Source of the DNA: Phoronis australis
Taxonomy: Eukaryota; Animalia; Phoronida
DNA length: 64,000 bases
Direction: 5' to 3'
NCBI GenBank assembly: GCA_002633005.1
Contig: NMRA01000054.1
Location: forward strand, 18,218 to 82,217
The position numbers and the translations under genes were made by a program. A model generated the notes under the pieces. That model ran no database searches. It was not told the origin of the DNA and saw only the letters and a program-made list of their open reading frames with translations. The first letter of the stretch is position 1; each line of letters begins with the position of its first letter. Of this stretch, positions 26,276 through 38,480 are shown in pieces.

Positions 26276-28257
26276 TCACCTGCACTGTTTATTTTTTTCA
26301 ATAACGATCAAGCTGAAACCAATTTTATGACGCTTCTTGACTCATTTAAGACGTAGCGTGGGTTTTGCAGCTTAAGCTTTGCCATTCTCTTGCGCTTCCA
26401 TTTGATAACGGAACCTTTTCTTTACGGGTGCGTCTTCCGTAAAGACGTATCCACTGAATACAGCAAGATGTATTTAATACCAGACTTTTTGAGAACCCAG
26501 TGTATACTATAATGGTTGTGGACAAGTGAAAAGGTAACTTCTGGAAAACGTCGTTACCACTGTAATCAAGTGCCAGAGAAAAAAAAAACAACTTGTCAAA
26601 TACACTGACGCCACGATCATGTCAGCGGATTCCTTGTAGAGAAAGAGTGTATTCTGTCACGCACTGTGTTATCGTATTCCTGTGGATTGAAAAAAACGAC
26701 ATGAAAACGCTGCATGTAGGTAAAAAACGTAACTAAACAATATTTACGTCTTCGAAATGACACCACAGACCTGTGGACACAGCCTTAGTTTGTATTGTTT
26801 ACCAATATACACTTATAAGTTTCATGGAAGTAAAATACACTATGAGCTGGATACTTGCATTGGCACCACACAGTCGCGAACTAACGTTGCTGTAATTGAA
26901 CAACAACGCCATGCTACGATCATTCAGCACTTTAAATAATTAATCAAGCAATCGACTGAAATCATTTGGAAGTATCGATACTTTTCATATGTTAAACAAG
27001 GGAAGTTTTTTCATTGCTACAACAAAAACAACAATCACTGCTGCAAACAACACACCATGGTAAAACACAGATGTTCTCTTATCGCCAGATTCAAGAACAT
27101 ATTGCTACTGTTTTGAGTTCCTTATATTTTTGTATAATTTAACTGCAAATACTCATAGACACGTTTTAGGTTGACATTGGGCTTTGAATTCCATTTGCGA
27201 TCAGCAGTTTCTACGATTATTTGAGATTAATTGCAAGATAAATATTAGTAACAACAGTAATAATGAGAATCCAAGAATTTAAGGATTCACATAATGTTCA
27301 CTTAGTCAGTGACTCTCGCATAATTTAGAATAACCCTAAAAAAGCCTTCTAATATCCAAGACAGCATACGTGGCATAAATCAGCCACCGTGTCTGTATAA
27401 CACCAGCCTCTACATAGTGTCAACATCCAAGACGTAAAATGATATTAAAAGTTTTTGTATCCTTGTAAAACGTGTACCCTTGTAAAACATCACGCAATAT
27501 CTGACAAAAGAATCGTTTACTTTTCAATGGTAATAAATGGGTGTGCTCCAACATTGAAAAAGTGTGTTGTCCTCCGGCCTGGCCATGTTGTAGGAGTGAG
27601 AGTATGGTGAGGTAAAAACAAATAATATTTTAGGGGCGACCTAACTGAAAGTACTTTAACTTTATCATGCTCAGATGCCATTCAAAGAGCGGATGTAAAA
27701 TGACAGACTATATTACAATTACTTAATTCTGTTGAATATTTTTGATATCATTAAGCGGCAGTGGTAGCATTTTAAGGTCACCAAAACTTTCATTCCAGGT
27801 CAACTTGGAAGGATGGTGACGCAAAAGTTATTTTCAACGGTCCCAGCAGCTCAAATATTGATTGCATGATTAAAGACGATTTCGTCACAACAGGGAATAC
27901 TTTTACAAGACGAACCAGAATGTCCAGAATGTCAAATTATCCAGACTTTGTAAATATTCATATTCGAGTTTCATTCATGAACTATACTTTGTTTATTCGA
28001 AAACATTTATTGGTTTTTAATACACCACAGTCTTCTCAGCGGATTGTGTTTTAAATGCTCTTTTAAAAGGTGGCTAGAAAGCATACAAAACTATTAATGC
28101 CATGTTTCGAAGATTCATGTTTTCCATAGTTACCAAAAAAGTTATCACGGCAAAGGGTCATGTCGCAGTCGACATATGCCGGCAGGCTGATATCAGATGC
28201 TGTTGAGCTGTGTTTAAAACAATGAGCTAAATTAAGAAGTTTCTCGTCTCTCGGGTG

Positions 28258-28293
28258 TATAAAAACCGGACAGGAGAAGGAGTTCTCCACTTT
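28258..28293 (+). promoter_or_regulatory. Globin core promoter: TATA box plus Inr-like motif
   Basis: TATAAAAA at 28258-28265. CCACTTT has its A at 28289, 31 nt downstream. ATG follows in ccaaaATG context. Confidence 0.7.
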
Positions 28294-28317
28294 TGGTCTA
28301 CACAGGAAGCCACCAAA

Positions 28318-28415
28318 ATGCCTCTCTTCAACGCCGCCGAACGCCGTTTGTGCATGGACGCTTGGGCCAGCATGCCGGGTAACCTGAAGGAAAACGGTAC
28401 ACTGATGTTCAAAAG
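28318..28415 (+). CDS. Globin exon 1 (MPLFNAAERRLCMDAWASMPGNLKENGTLMFK-R)
   Basis: ATG at 28318; A-helix Trp. Ends AAA AG|gtaatt, a phase-2 intron at B12.2. Confidence 0.9.
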
Positions 28416-28778
28416 GTAATTCTATGAATTTGGTGGACGACACCTTTTCTAAAACGCGTCTTTTTGGATATGAGGTTAAGCTGTGTTGCTAGGGTAAGCC
28501 AAATTCAGTACAAATACATGTTTGCTGTTTTCACGAAAAATCCGGGAAAATGATTAGTAGCAGAAGAAAATTAGAGCAACGTTTTTACCTACAACGGTGG
28601 GTGGAAAAGTTGTGTTCCCTCAAGTGCTTTTTCATAACTACTACAGGATTATAGTTGTTGGCTTGCACAAACATTTTGCGTGGAAAAAACAAAAAGATAA
28701 AGCAAAAGAGCTGGAATGAATTGATTGATCGGGAACTAAAATTTGGATTTTCAGCTTGTTTTTGTTGACTCATTACAG

Positions 28779-29001
28779 GATGTTCGAGGTGTATCCCGAG
28801 ATGGCAGAGCTCTTCACGTTTCATGAAGGCAAGGGAAAAATCATGGACAACCCGCAGATGATGCCCCATGTGATGAGGATCATGAGGAAGCTGGATATCA
28901 CCATTACCCAGCTCGACACCCCAGCCATCATGGCGGCCGATCTGAAGATGTTGGGCTCCCGCCACCCCGGCTACAATGTCAACCCTAACAAACACGTCCA
29001 G
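28779..29001 (+). CDS. Globin exon 2 (C2 Pro, CD1 Phe, distal E7 His, proximal F8 His)
   Basis: ttacag|G ATG TTC...CAG|gtaaac, 223 nt. MFEVYPEMAELF..MPHVMRIM..LGSRHPGY. Phase-0 intron at G7.0. Confidence 0.93.
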
Positions 29002-29504
29002 GTAAACAAATATGTACACAATATCTAATATGTTTTTGCTCAATGACATTCGTGAATGTCGAAGTTATACATCACTCTTTCAACCAAACTCTCAGAAAAA
29101 ATTAATCTTAAACATCCTATGTTTGGTACTCTTTTCTTTGAAAAAATCTTGTAGAAAGAGCATCATTTTGACTCAACTGATTTTCAACGAAATTTGCCAT
29201 ACATTTTCTTTAGTGAATATGAAGCGTAAATAATCTTTGTACCAATTTTGTCGTTGCGCCATAATTTGGACTTTAAACATCATGCTTATATGATACACAA
29301 AATTAATCTCACCTCGAGATTCTATCACCAAAATACTAAATTGAACAAACTTATTAAGTCTTAGAGTGGCTGCTCATTATCGCTAACTTGATTTTTGTTG
29401 AAATGCTTTTAATGCACAGCAGTTTGATAGAAAATGTTAAATATTAGTGTTTTTACGTTTTGAAGCAATTTTCATGCCTCCACATGTATGCATTTAATTT
29501 TGAC

Positions 29505-30020
29505 ATATTATGCTGTGGTCCACGACCGACCTTTCGGCGTCCGTCCTGCGTTCATCCGTGAAATTTTACATACATGTTTCTATCATAGATGGAACGGCAC
29601 GAGCAAATTTTTTGGACGGATTCGATTCAAGTGAATGATACATGTTAGCCTCTATATCTCTATATCGATTTCTTGGATGGATCTTCTTGGCATTCGTCAA
29701 AACGGTTTCTTTTATAAAAAATGACGACAAGAACGAATTCTTCGTAATCTGGGTTCCCTAGTAGCCATTTTACTATTTTTCGTGTGCAAAATTGCTCAAA
29801 GGATAATTACCAAATTTTACAGATGTAGTTTTATCGAGATTGATCAGGACTGAGGTAGATTTCAGGACAGGGCTAACTACTGTGACGCCAAGTAGTGGTT
29901 GTGCCTCCCTATCTATCAATTTTCTTGATGGGTGCTTCTGAAATTTGATACAAACTCTGTTTTAGTCTAGGAGAGTACACCTGCCGGGTCGAGTATGACT
30001 TCTGTGGTGTCAATTAGTGG
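29505..30020. repeat. Possible degenerate DINE/HINE-like element in globin intron 2
   Basis: cgtccgtcc...catccg microsatellite-like head. Internal repeat of tatcgatttcttggatgg-like motif (~29660 and ~29915). Confidence 0.35.
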
Positions 30021-30700
30021 CAATATAGATAATCGTAGTTTTCTGATGTATGCTCACGAGATTTGGCAAATAATTTTCCACAAAGAAAACGCAGCACTTG
30101 TCCAGGCAGAATTATCCTTACGCTGCACCCCTTGGTATCCCTTTTCTTTAACGTATTGGATCGTACCAATAAACACTCCTGTTTGCAGTAAAGTAGACAC
30201 ATTTTAAAGCTTTGCGTTGTTCTTGGATAAGATTCCTATTTACATCATTTCTATCTTTTGCCAAACACACTCCTGAACAAGGATTCTGAAGTGGCGCATA
30301 ATATACATTAGATTGGAGTAGTACATATTTATACAAAGTTAAGTGTTAGGGAGCGGTGCAAGTAAGGGCAATGGTAGAACTATATGAAGGAGGGATATTT
30401 TGAAGTAATCCAGAAAGGCAGGGTAAGAAAATGAGATGGGGAAATAGTACTCCTCTAACCTGGCTGTATTCATTTAACAAATTCTCAATTATCAGGTAGT
30501 AAATAGTTGAAAAAGAATTTTGTAGACTTCTTCATTTTTGTGAGTTTATAGTTTTTCACCCTTGATACACTGCAGTCACAAATTATAAATTAAAACATAA
30601 ACAGATCGACTGTTAGATGCATGGTGCGGCGCTCACTGTTTGTTGAAATTCATAACCTTATAGTTTGTTGTTTTGTTTATGAGTAATTGAATGTATCACT

Positions 30701-30939
30701 TAGTGGCAGATCTATGTTTTCAGTAAGGGGGGAGCTTAGAATTCGAGTGAATCCGATGTGTGTAGCGTGTAGCGCCGAACGGAAGGGAGGTCGGGAGAGG
30801 GTTCCCCCCTCCCGTTTAACATTTTTTGTGGTTTTTAGTAGCTGATTTCATTTTTCTGGCGAATTTTTTAAAATTTTTATTTTTCATCCTGTCCCGAGGG
30901 GGGTTGAACCCCCTGAACCCCCCTGTAGGTCCGCCTCTG
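30701..30939. mobile_element. (C/T)AGTGGC-GATC-type MITE in globin intron 2
   Basis: Termini tagtggcagatcta / taggtccgcctctg. Interior gggggttgaaccccctgaaccccc. Confidence 0.6.
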
Positions 30940-31081
30940 TTACTACAGACTTATTTACCATCGAAACGTACTATTCATTTGTGGCAAGTGAAATACTTTC
31001 GTAATGAAGAATAAAAATTACAACTCTTATGTTTACATTTGTGGACACAAAAGTCTTATACAATATTGTTTATGTTTTCAG

Positions 31082-31201
31082 CCCATGAAGGAAGCCTTCC
31101 TTTTCATGGTGAAGAGTCGTCTTGGAGACAAGTTCACCTCACAGGTGGAAAGTGCTATGACCAAGGCATTTGATGAAATCACCAACATCATGCTTCGTTA
31201 A
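31082..31201 (+). CDS. Globin exon 3 (PMKEAFLFMVKSRLGDKFTSQVESAMTKAFDEITNIMLR*)
   Basis: gttttcag|CCC; G/H helices with LGDKFT motif; TAA at 31199-31201. Spliced total is 146 aa. Confidence 0.92.
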   Translation, partial: PMKEAFLFMVKSRLGDKFTSQVESAMTKAFDEITNIMLR

Positions 31202-31294
31202 ATGTCAATGATGTTTTATTCGACCTGGACACGCTTACTTGTCTTGCACTATTGTTAATATTCGTTGAAGTTCGTTTGGATCATCGATGAACTC

Positions 31295-31300
31295 AATAAA
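31295..31300 (+). terminator. Globin polyadenylation signal
   Basis: AATAAA 94 nt after the stop codon, followed by a GT-rich tract (tctgttgctttgtttt). Confidence 0.7.
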
Positions 31301-31507
31301 TGCTTCACGTTACGTCTGTTGCTTTGTTTTACTCACGCTTGGTTGGTAGCCTAATATTGCTGTTGTTTAAATGAAAACGGCTATATCATATAAAGTCATT
31401 GAATATCTATAGGTATATTGTCTTAATATTTCGAATGGCCTGCGGTCATCATACATATGAGGGAAATTTCTCTCCATACTCTTTCAAGAACTGTACTGTG
31501 GCACCTG

Positions 31508-31647
31508 GGTAGAGTTCAATAGCTCTCTCGCAACGAGAAAAATCTAGCCAAAGTCACGTGATTTCATTGAAAATGTTCTGCAATATCTCAAGAAATCTCG
31601 CGACATTTTACTTTTCCAGCGTGGTATTATCGTTATTGAACTCTACC
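31508..31647. mobile_element. 140 bp Harbinger-type MITE
   Basis: Perfect 14 bp TIR GGTAGAGTTCAATA / TATTGAACTCTACC. CTG target duplication at 31505-31507 and 31648-31650. Confidence 0.8.
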
Positions 31648-34600
31648 CTGAAGTAGACCCACAATGCACCTTAGTAAGCAAGCTACGCTTACGTCAACTC
31701 TAATATGCGTATTTTTAGACTGAGCAGACTTTCGAGCATAGTAAAAACCTTGCGATCGGATAGTGTACTTTTATTGTAGAATCACACTCAGTGCTGGTGT
31801 CTGTCTGACAAACGGGGATAGTTTGTCCTAGAAACGTTATGTGGTCTCAACACAAACAGCAAACTGTTTTGAGTAAATCATTATGGCAATCACAGAAGAC
31901 ATCGTTCATATGACGCCTGAGGGAAATTTCTCTGCAATGAATTATCGCTCAAAATGCGAGCGTGATTCTGATCTGAGTACTATAGTGGACCCAATGAAAC
32001 ACATAGAGTGGCATCAGTTCATAAACTGGAGACGACCGGGACCGTCATTTTTTCACAATTAATTATAGTCTGGTAAATCAACATTTTCCAGATAAATCGA
32101 CGGCCTGTTTCATGAAAGGTGACATAACGCTTAAGTCCGAAATGTGGTAACACTTGACTGTTCCTAGATGCTTCTGCAGTGCATATTTCCCCCACAGCTT
32201 AGAAAAATTGTAAAAAAAATAGATTAAATGCTAATTTTGGGAATAGGATACATTGATGTTCATATTTTTTCGAAAAAAGTATGTGTGTGGAGCGTTAAAT
32301 GAAGTTTCTGCCTTTACTCTAATAAAGCCGCTTTTCATGAAACCGGACTGTCCCAATTTTCTTGTCTCAGCTCCCCGTTTGACACAATTTAAGTTAAATG
32401 TGAAAAGAAGCAAGGATCATTTCAAATGGATTGCAAATAAAATCCCAATATTTGTTCGCAGACAATTAACTAAGCGAATGTAATTTACTCCAAATTTGGG
32501 TTTAAAAATCTTTCGCTGAAATTTTCATGCAAAACATTGGTCTCGAACAGAGCTACTCAAAGGAATGACACTGTGTATCCTTACGTCATTCCCCATACAA
32601 TTCCACGACATGGTCTCAGAGCGCACACTTACATGTAGGTTTGGATGTCTGTGGCTCGTTCCCCAACGCAACATACTCGAGAGTGAAAGCTAAGTACCAT
32701 AACGTATTATATGTATTATTGTATGCCGATATATCCTGGTGACTTAGGTGATTTTGCCAGTGAAAATTCGCAAGACTACGGATCGTAGCCCAGGAACGAG
32801 CCAAAATAATTCTTAATTGTTTGTCTTACTTGACGCTTTGAGCCCTTTTCTTCTGCATGTGGAAAGAACCTGATCGGTTCTACACTATAGTGTTGACTTA
32901 CAAAGTAAATGATGCAACATGCATATCCACATGTATTGATACAATCTGTCGCAGTCGGTGTGAAGGTAAAAATAGCTAATGGCCCTATCCCAAATGAATT
33001 CCCAACTCCCAGCCAATCGGAACGACTGAGTTTTACTTCGTTCCGTTATTCCAATGATAAGTCAAAGTCATCAAGATTATACAGTGCCATTCTTATGTGG
33101 CACTATGTACTACACAATCAGCAGGTGGCAAGACTTTCTCGTCTAGCAGTCCGCTCACCTAAAATTGCCAAGCAATATGACACGAACAATAACGACATTG
33201 TCACATTCGGTGAGAACGCTCAAAATAGTTCGACAAAAATCCGTTTTTAGTTATTTATGTGTAAGGCAGCATTATTTTGAAAAGTATAATTGGTCACTTG
33301 ACATTCCTTTGGATGCCCGATTTTACAAGATACTCTCACGCGTTTCCGTCTGGAAATACTCTGACCCCATCCTGAGTTCAAAGACACCAGGACCTCGTTA
33401 CAAATTAACAGAGCTTCGTGAGACTATGCGAGATATTTTTGTGTATTTTAAACGAGAACGCGCGATTTTGACTAGATTTTTATCGCCGCGAGGCACCTCA
33501 GCTCTATCAAATGGGTGTCTTATTGTACGAAGTAAATGCGTCTGACACAGCGCCACTTCTCGTAGTTTTGGGAAAGACTGTGCGGTATGAATGATTCCAA
33601 AAGTAAATTGACTTCGATTACGTATTAAGCGCTGTCATGGTATGTTCAGACTTTAACTTAGGTTAGTATTACTAATAAGCTGGGATGGATGATAAGTGTA
33701 TGTGCGTACATACCCGATAACTTATGCGGACTGCAATCAAACAATGCGTAAATAGCATACCAACGACGAAGTTGAGTAAGCGTACAGTAAACATCATTCC
33801 ATTCCGGTTCTTTACGTTTTCTACCCCATTTTTCAAATTTTATTTGTGCTGAAGTCATCATCGCAGTTCTCATTGACAATGACGTCACAATTAACGTCTT
33901 ACATTACTTAATACGTACGACATCTACTTACTGTAGCGTCAGTGACCAACAAGGCTCATACAGACTCTAACCTGTTCACAAAACAAACTAAAAGTCAAAG
34001 GTTTTCCAACACTTTCGCTTGTGACAAAAACTCCAGTTACAGGTGTCATTTGTTCTTATTGTTTTGGCTGATTGGTGACGCAGGACATAGTTTTGTTTTT
34101 TCAAAGATACTTTTATGTTATAAGCGAAACGTTGACCATGAACTCAATGTTTAAATTTGCTCTTACAACCAGATTGCTATTGATCCTTCAGCCAAGAACT
34201 GATGCAGTCATCCTTATATTTCGGAACGAAAACTGTGATAGGATTTAATCTTTAATGCTATGTTAACTTTTTGGCGTTTTTGACTTAGCATAGGTAGCGT
34301 AGCCTGAAACGGATCTGAATCGAGTTTTATAAATACAGTATTAAGCCATTGTAGGTGAATAGAGACCTTCCGCAGCAATTTTGTGGGTCCCATAGATGAC
34401 AGATGCCAACACCGCGCTAAACTTAAAAACAAGGATTTGGGACACAATATTATTCTTACCAGCGTAAATATTTTTTCTGATCCTCTTGGTCGTGTGCCTT
34501 TCGTTATACGAATTAGATTTACGTTCAACCACTTATTTTTAAAATGAGACAAAAAGTTGCACTTCAAGGTCAACATTTGTCCGTTTGGTTTCATGAACCG

Positions 34601-35224
34601 CTCACGGTATGATCACGTGCTATATTGAACAAGTCCTTTTGGACGAATCCGCCCTGCAAAAGGGGTGGGGGATCACTCATGGGGAGAGTATCGCCCCTCA
34701 CAATCCTTAGTCAGCTTTTGGAAAAGATTGTGAGTTTGTTAGCATTATATGTTACGTTAAAGGTATTTTTTAAAAAGCTCCGAAGGTTCTTGAGTGCAAA
34801 TGAGTCCGAAGAATCGTAAGTCCGAATGCAGGTTTACACAAGTCCGTCAAAAATGATGCTCGTTACCCAGTCCGAAATTAGCTCCAAAGTTCACAACACT
34901 AAAGTTCGAAGACTCATATGCTCCGATGTCGACGACTTGGCGTTACCAGTTTTGGAACGCATTATACATTTGGACTTATGAACTTTCACATTTGTGAGCC
35001 TGCGGACTTAGTGAGACTCAAATTTTGTATTGCACGGGGAAATTTGGGTTTTGATCTGCAGAGTCGGAGGGTGTTTTTTGACTGCCGACCTGTCTTGTTC
35101 CATAGGGTGTAAACCGACTGCAGTAATGACTCTGTTAACAATTTTAGTTTGGGCAGGACATTAATAATTCTTTTACTTATAACCGGTCCCCAGTTTCTTC
35201 CAGACCGCCGTTACCGCTATTTTG

Positions 35225-36240
35225 TGTAATGAAAAAGGTCGGAAAACAACGGAAGCAACAGGCTTGGAGGGACAATCGGTCCAGACTGGCTGCACAGTTC
35301 CCGCAATCAGAAAACGCAACGATAAGCAGTTAAAGAACTTTTGGAAACGCTCATAAATGAAGGCTAAAAAGGAATTTTCATCACTTAAAAAGCTGCAAAG
35401 GAAACCGGCGGAGGACCAAAGGAGGTGGAACTCAGTCAGGAAAATCAGGTGGTGTTAGACTTGATCCTAGATGATGACGTCGTCAGTCCTGCCCGAAATG
35501 CTTACGACGATGACGCCCTGCTTAGCCAGTCAGACTGTACGGAGTTTGTGGGACACACTGCAACAGGTACGAGTCAACATTTGTACGTGCTGTCTTCTTG
35601 TCAGCCACGGTCGATGCAGTCCACAATAAATCAGATGTTACAGGGAGAGCAAATCCCAATGTGCTCAAGGGGTCTTGTACCCGGATTAGATAGCAGACAC
35701 CGTCTCCCCTTTCGAGTCCCCCACGTGGTTCGAGTACACGAAGCACACCGCGTGGCAACCAGGAACAAGTCTATTGTACCCCCTACTCAAAGATAAGTAG
35801 ACAGGGTACGCCACAAAGCCACCAAGCTCCATTTTGCCTGAGAATCCCTGTTGGTGCTAGAAAAGCAATGGAGTCAGAAAAGCCGTCAAATTCCCGAGGT
35901 AGGCAGTCTTTTCCGTGTATGAACCTACATGTAAGTCCCGTTCATGGAAGGCGTTTTTGCGGAAATACTTGCAGAAATATTTTTCGTATCATGTTAAATT
36001 TTGTGCATTAGAACAAAAATTGCGGAACCATAACAGTGACGATGAAAAAACAGAAGCTGCTGGTAAGATGTCAATTTTAATCGAAGCCTTAGTGAATCAC
36101 TCAGAAACTCATAATTCTCTTTGTCAAACCTTAACTGAAGACGATTTCCAAAGCAATCGCGTCATTATTGCCAACACAAAAAACGGATTTGGTCTTTTGG
36201 GCAATTGAAGACTATTTTAAATACAATAAATTTGTTACGA
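35225..36240 (+). pseudogene. Degraded Myb/SANT-like gene typical of the PIF/Harbinger second ORF
   Basis: KQRKQQAWRD..KRNDKQLKNFWKRS*MKAKKEF..LKKLQ-(frameshift)-ETGGGP at 35245-35420. C-terminal KLRNH..E..KMSILIEAL fragment. AATAAA near 36226. Confidence 0.6.
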
Positions 36241-36356
36241 ACTGATTGCACACAATATAAAACATGTAATAAGCATTATGAAAAGAAAAGTTTCGCGCGC
36301 AAACGCTGTGGACCATAAACAAGTAAGTCTCTTAGTATAAAATTGGGAGCTAAATC

Positions 36357-36663
36357 GTGGTGGTGTAGTGGTAAAGTACGCGCCCTCCATCCGCCAGGTC
36401 TTGAGTTCGATTCCTTGGTACTTGCAGCTTTTCCTGTTAGACGGTTTCTCTTTTTTTGCCTTTTTTTCTTGGAAAATACTTCAGGAATCAAGCAAAATGC
36501 TTGTTTTTTAGAGGAAAAAACAGAAAAATTTCCTAGGCGGGAGGGGGACAAACCCCCTTCCGACCTCCCCCCATTCGGTGCTACGCGCATCTACAATCGT
36601 GCTTTGAACAAATGTTTACAGACAAAATGTTGGGCCCCCTTATAATATCCTAGATCCGCCACT
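36357..36663 (+). mobile_element. tRNA-derived SINE-like head joined to a MITE right end
   Basis: A box tggtgtagtgg and B box gttcgattcc (36361-36413) without a full cloverleaf. Ends gatccgccactg at 36663. Confidence 0.5.
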
Positions 36664-37698
36664 GATTCTACGTTGAACTTGATTTTATTGTACCTTTTTA
36701 ACACTTGAATTATTGTGAAAATATTGTGACTTGTTTTCCTGAACTGACTCCGAAGTTACTCTAAAAACACGTTTAAAAGTAACCAAAATTTCTTTGACGT
36801 TATCTTTACAGATGTGACTGCGTTACTGCTGTTGAGAAGCCTGGGACCTCAAAACTGGCCTCATCAAAACCAACTGGTTTACATCCATCGACATTACTCA
36901 GGTGCGAAACTGTTATTCAAAATGAATACTTGTACTCTACGTTACTGACTTATTTACTTACAGTGCTTGAGGAACATGGGATGTCAAGACTTAAAATTTA
37001 AATGCCGTCGGCTTATTTGGCCATGTCTCTGAGCTGCACGGATTGAAATATCCCTGTTAAACGGGAACAAGGCAATCAAACATGCAAACTTCGATTCATA
37101 TGCCCAACACTTGACTAGTAGATACAAACTACATCAAATGTATGAACAGAAATTCATACATGTAAACCAAAAACCACGGTTGTGAACTAATATCACATAA
37201 TTGTGTAAACATTTTCTAGTAATGGAGGTCATCATTCGCTTTCCCAAGGAGCCCAGCACGAAGCAAATGGCGACACAAAATGTATCTATACAAGAACGAT
37301 GTTCTTACATGCTATTTGTATGTCTGATTTTTGTTTGATTTGTTAGTTCGTGTGCATGACTTTTTGTTTGTACACATCATGTTGTGGTTCGTATGTATGA
37401 ATAAAGTGTTCTTCCTAATGATGCAGTGTTTTGCTTGTGACTTGAAGTTCCTGTGTAAGACTTGAAGCTTGTGCGTATCACTCAAAGTTTGTTCCTATCA
37501 TTGCCTGGTACCATTGTGTAGTTGTTGACAAATGTTGAACTCAAGGTAACTTTCTTTATTACTTAAATGTGATTATGCAAACGATGTATTTTCAGTGGGC
37601 TTGAGCTTTCTGGGATCAATGCAATTGTTTCTGCCTGTGACGACGAAGCTTCGACTTGTATCCAGGCCATTTGTTACAAGGGTGTTGTGAAAGTACTG

Positions 37699-37905
37699 GG
37701 GCCTGTTCCAAGAAACTGACAAGTTCATTTTTACTTAAGTTTAATATTTTTTTTTAATTTCCAAGCTTTGAAACTTCCAATTTTGGTAAGTTAAGACGAA
37801 ACCTATGTCAACTTAAGATCTCTTTCTCGAATTGGTTTTGAGACAAATTTTACTTTCAAAATTTGAAATTTAACTTAGCTAAGTCAGTTCTGCTGGAACG
37901 GGCCA
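37699..37905. mobile_element. Harbinger-type MITE
   Basis: TIR gggcctgttcca / tggaacgggcca. CTG at 37696-37698 and 37906-37908. Confidence 0.7.
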
Positions 37906-38367
37906 CTGATCTTTAAAATTTGAGAGAACTACTCAGTTCTCATAAACTATCTTGACAACAAATTGTTTAGTGTTGTAATTGATAAATGAATTGTGAAATA
38001 TTTTGTGCATGTAATATACATGGTATATTTCCATAAAAATGAATTTTTCTACATGTCTTGTATGGTCAGGAATGGTGTGCATGACTGAATTTTGCATACT
38101 CTGTATACATGCATTGTATACATTTGTGATTTGCAGAAATTTACCTAAAAGTGAATGCATCAATGAGCAGCAGTTTTGGTGACCCTTTTGAGTAAATACC
38201 ACCTTTTAGGTGCGGTCTTATAGGCCAACCTGCAACTAATCTCGTCATGTTTGTGTTTTTAACATGACAAGTTGGTATTCCTAACTTATTCGAATACAGT
38301 GTGGGCAGACCAGAATTCACTGATTATTTTTGCAGCTACATTACTTTGCACTGAATTTGACATTATT

Positions 38368-38480
38368 ACTTGGCAAAATTTATTTTGCCAAGTAAAAATT
38401 TGATGTCAGACCAACATACTTGGCGAAAATGTTTTTGCCAAGTAAAAACTTGATGTCAGACCAACATACTTGGCGAAATT
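38368..38480. repeat. 50 bp tandem repeat (~2.2 copies) containing a palindrome
   Basis: acttggc(a/g)aaa..ttttgccaagtaaaa.ttgatgtcagaccaacat recurs at 38368, 38418 and 38468. Confidence 0.8.

Noticed and set aside
23670-27612. Alternative candidates for globin exon 1 (~23670-23708 and ~27540-27611)
   Set aside because: No globin A/B-helix pattern or usable ATG. 28318-28415 fits with TATA box, A-helix Trp and phase-2 donor.
36357-36420. tRNA gene (also tRNA-like segments at ~5757-5820 and ~22985-23060)
   Set aside because: A/B boxes are present but no acceptor stem or complete cloverleaf. Better explained as SINE-derived.
38368-38480. Palindromic 50 bp repeat as a CRISPR-like array
   Set aside because: The 'spacers' are identical, there are only ~2 units, and the context is eukaryotic with no cas genes. 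It is a simple tandem repeat.
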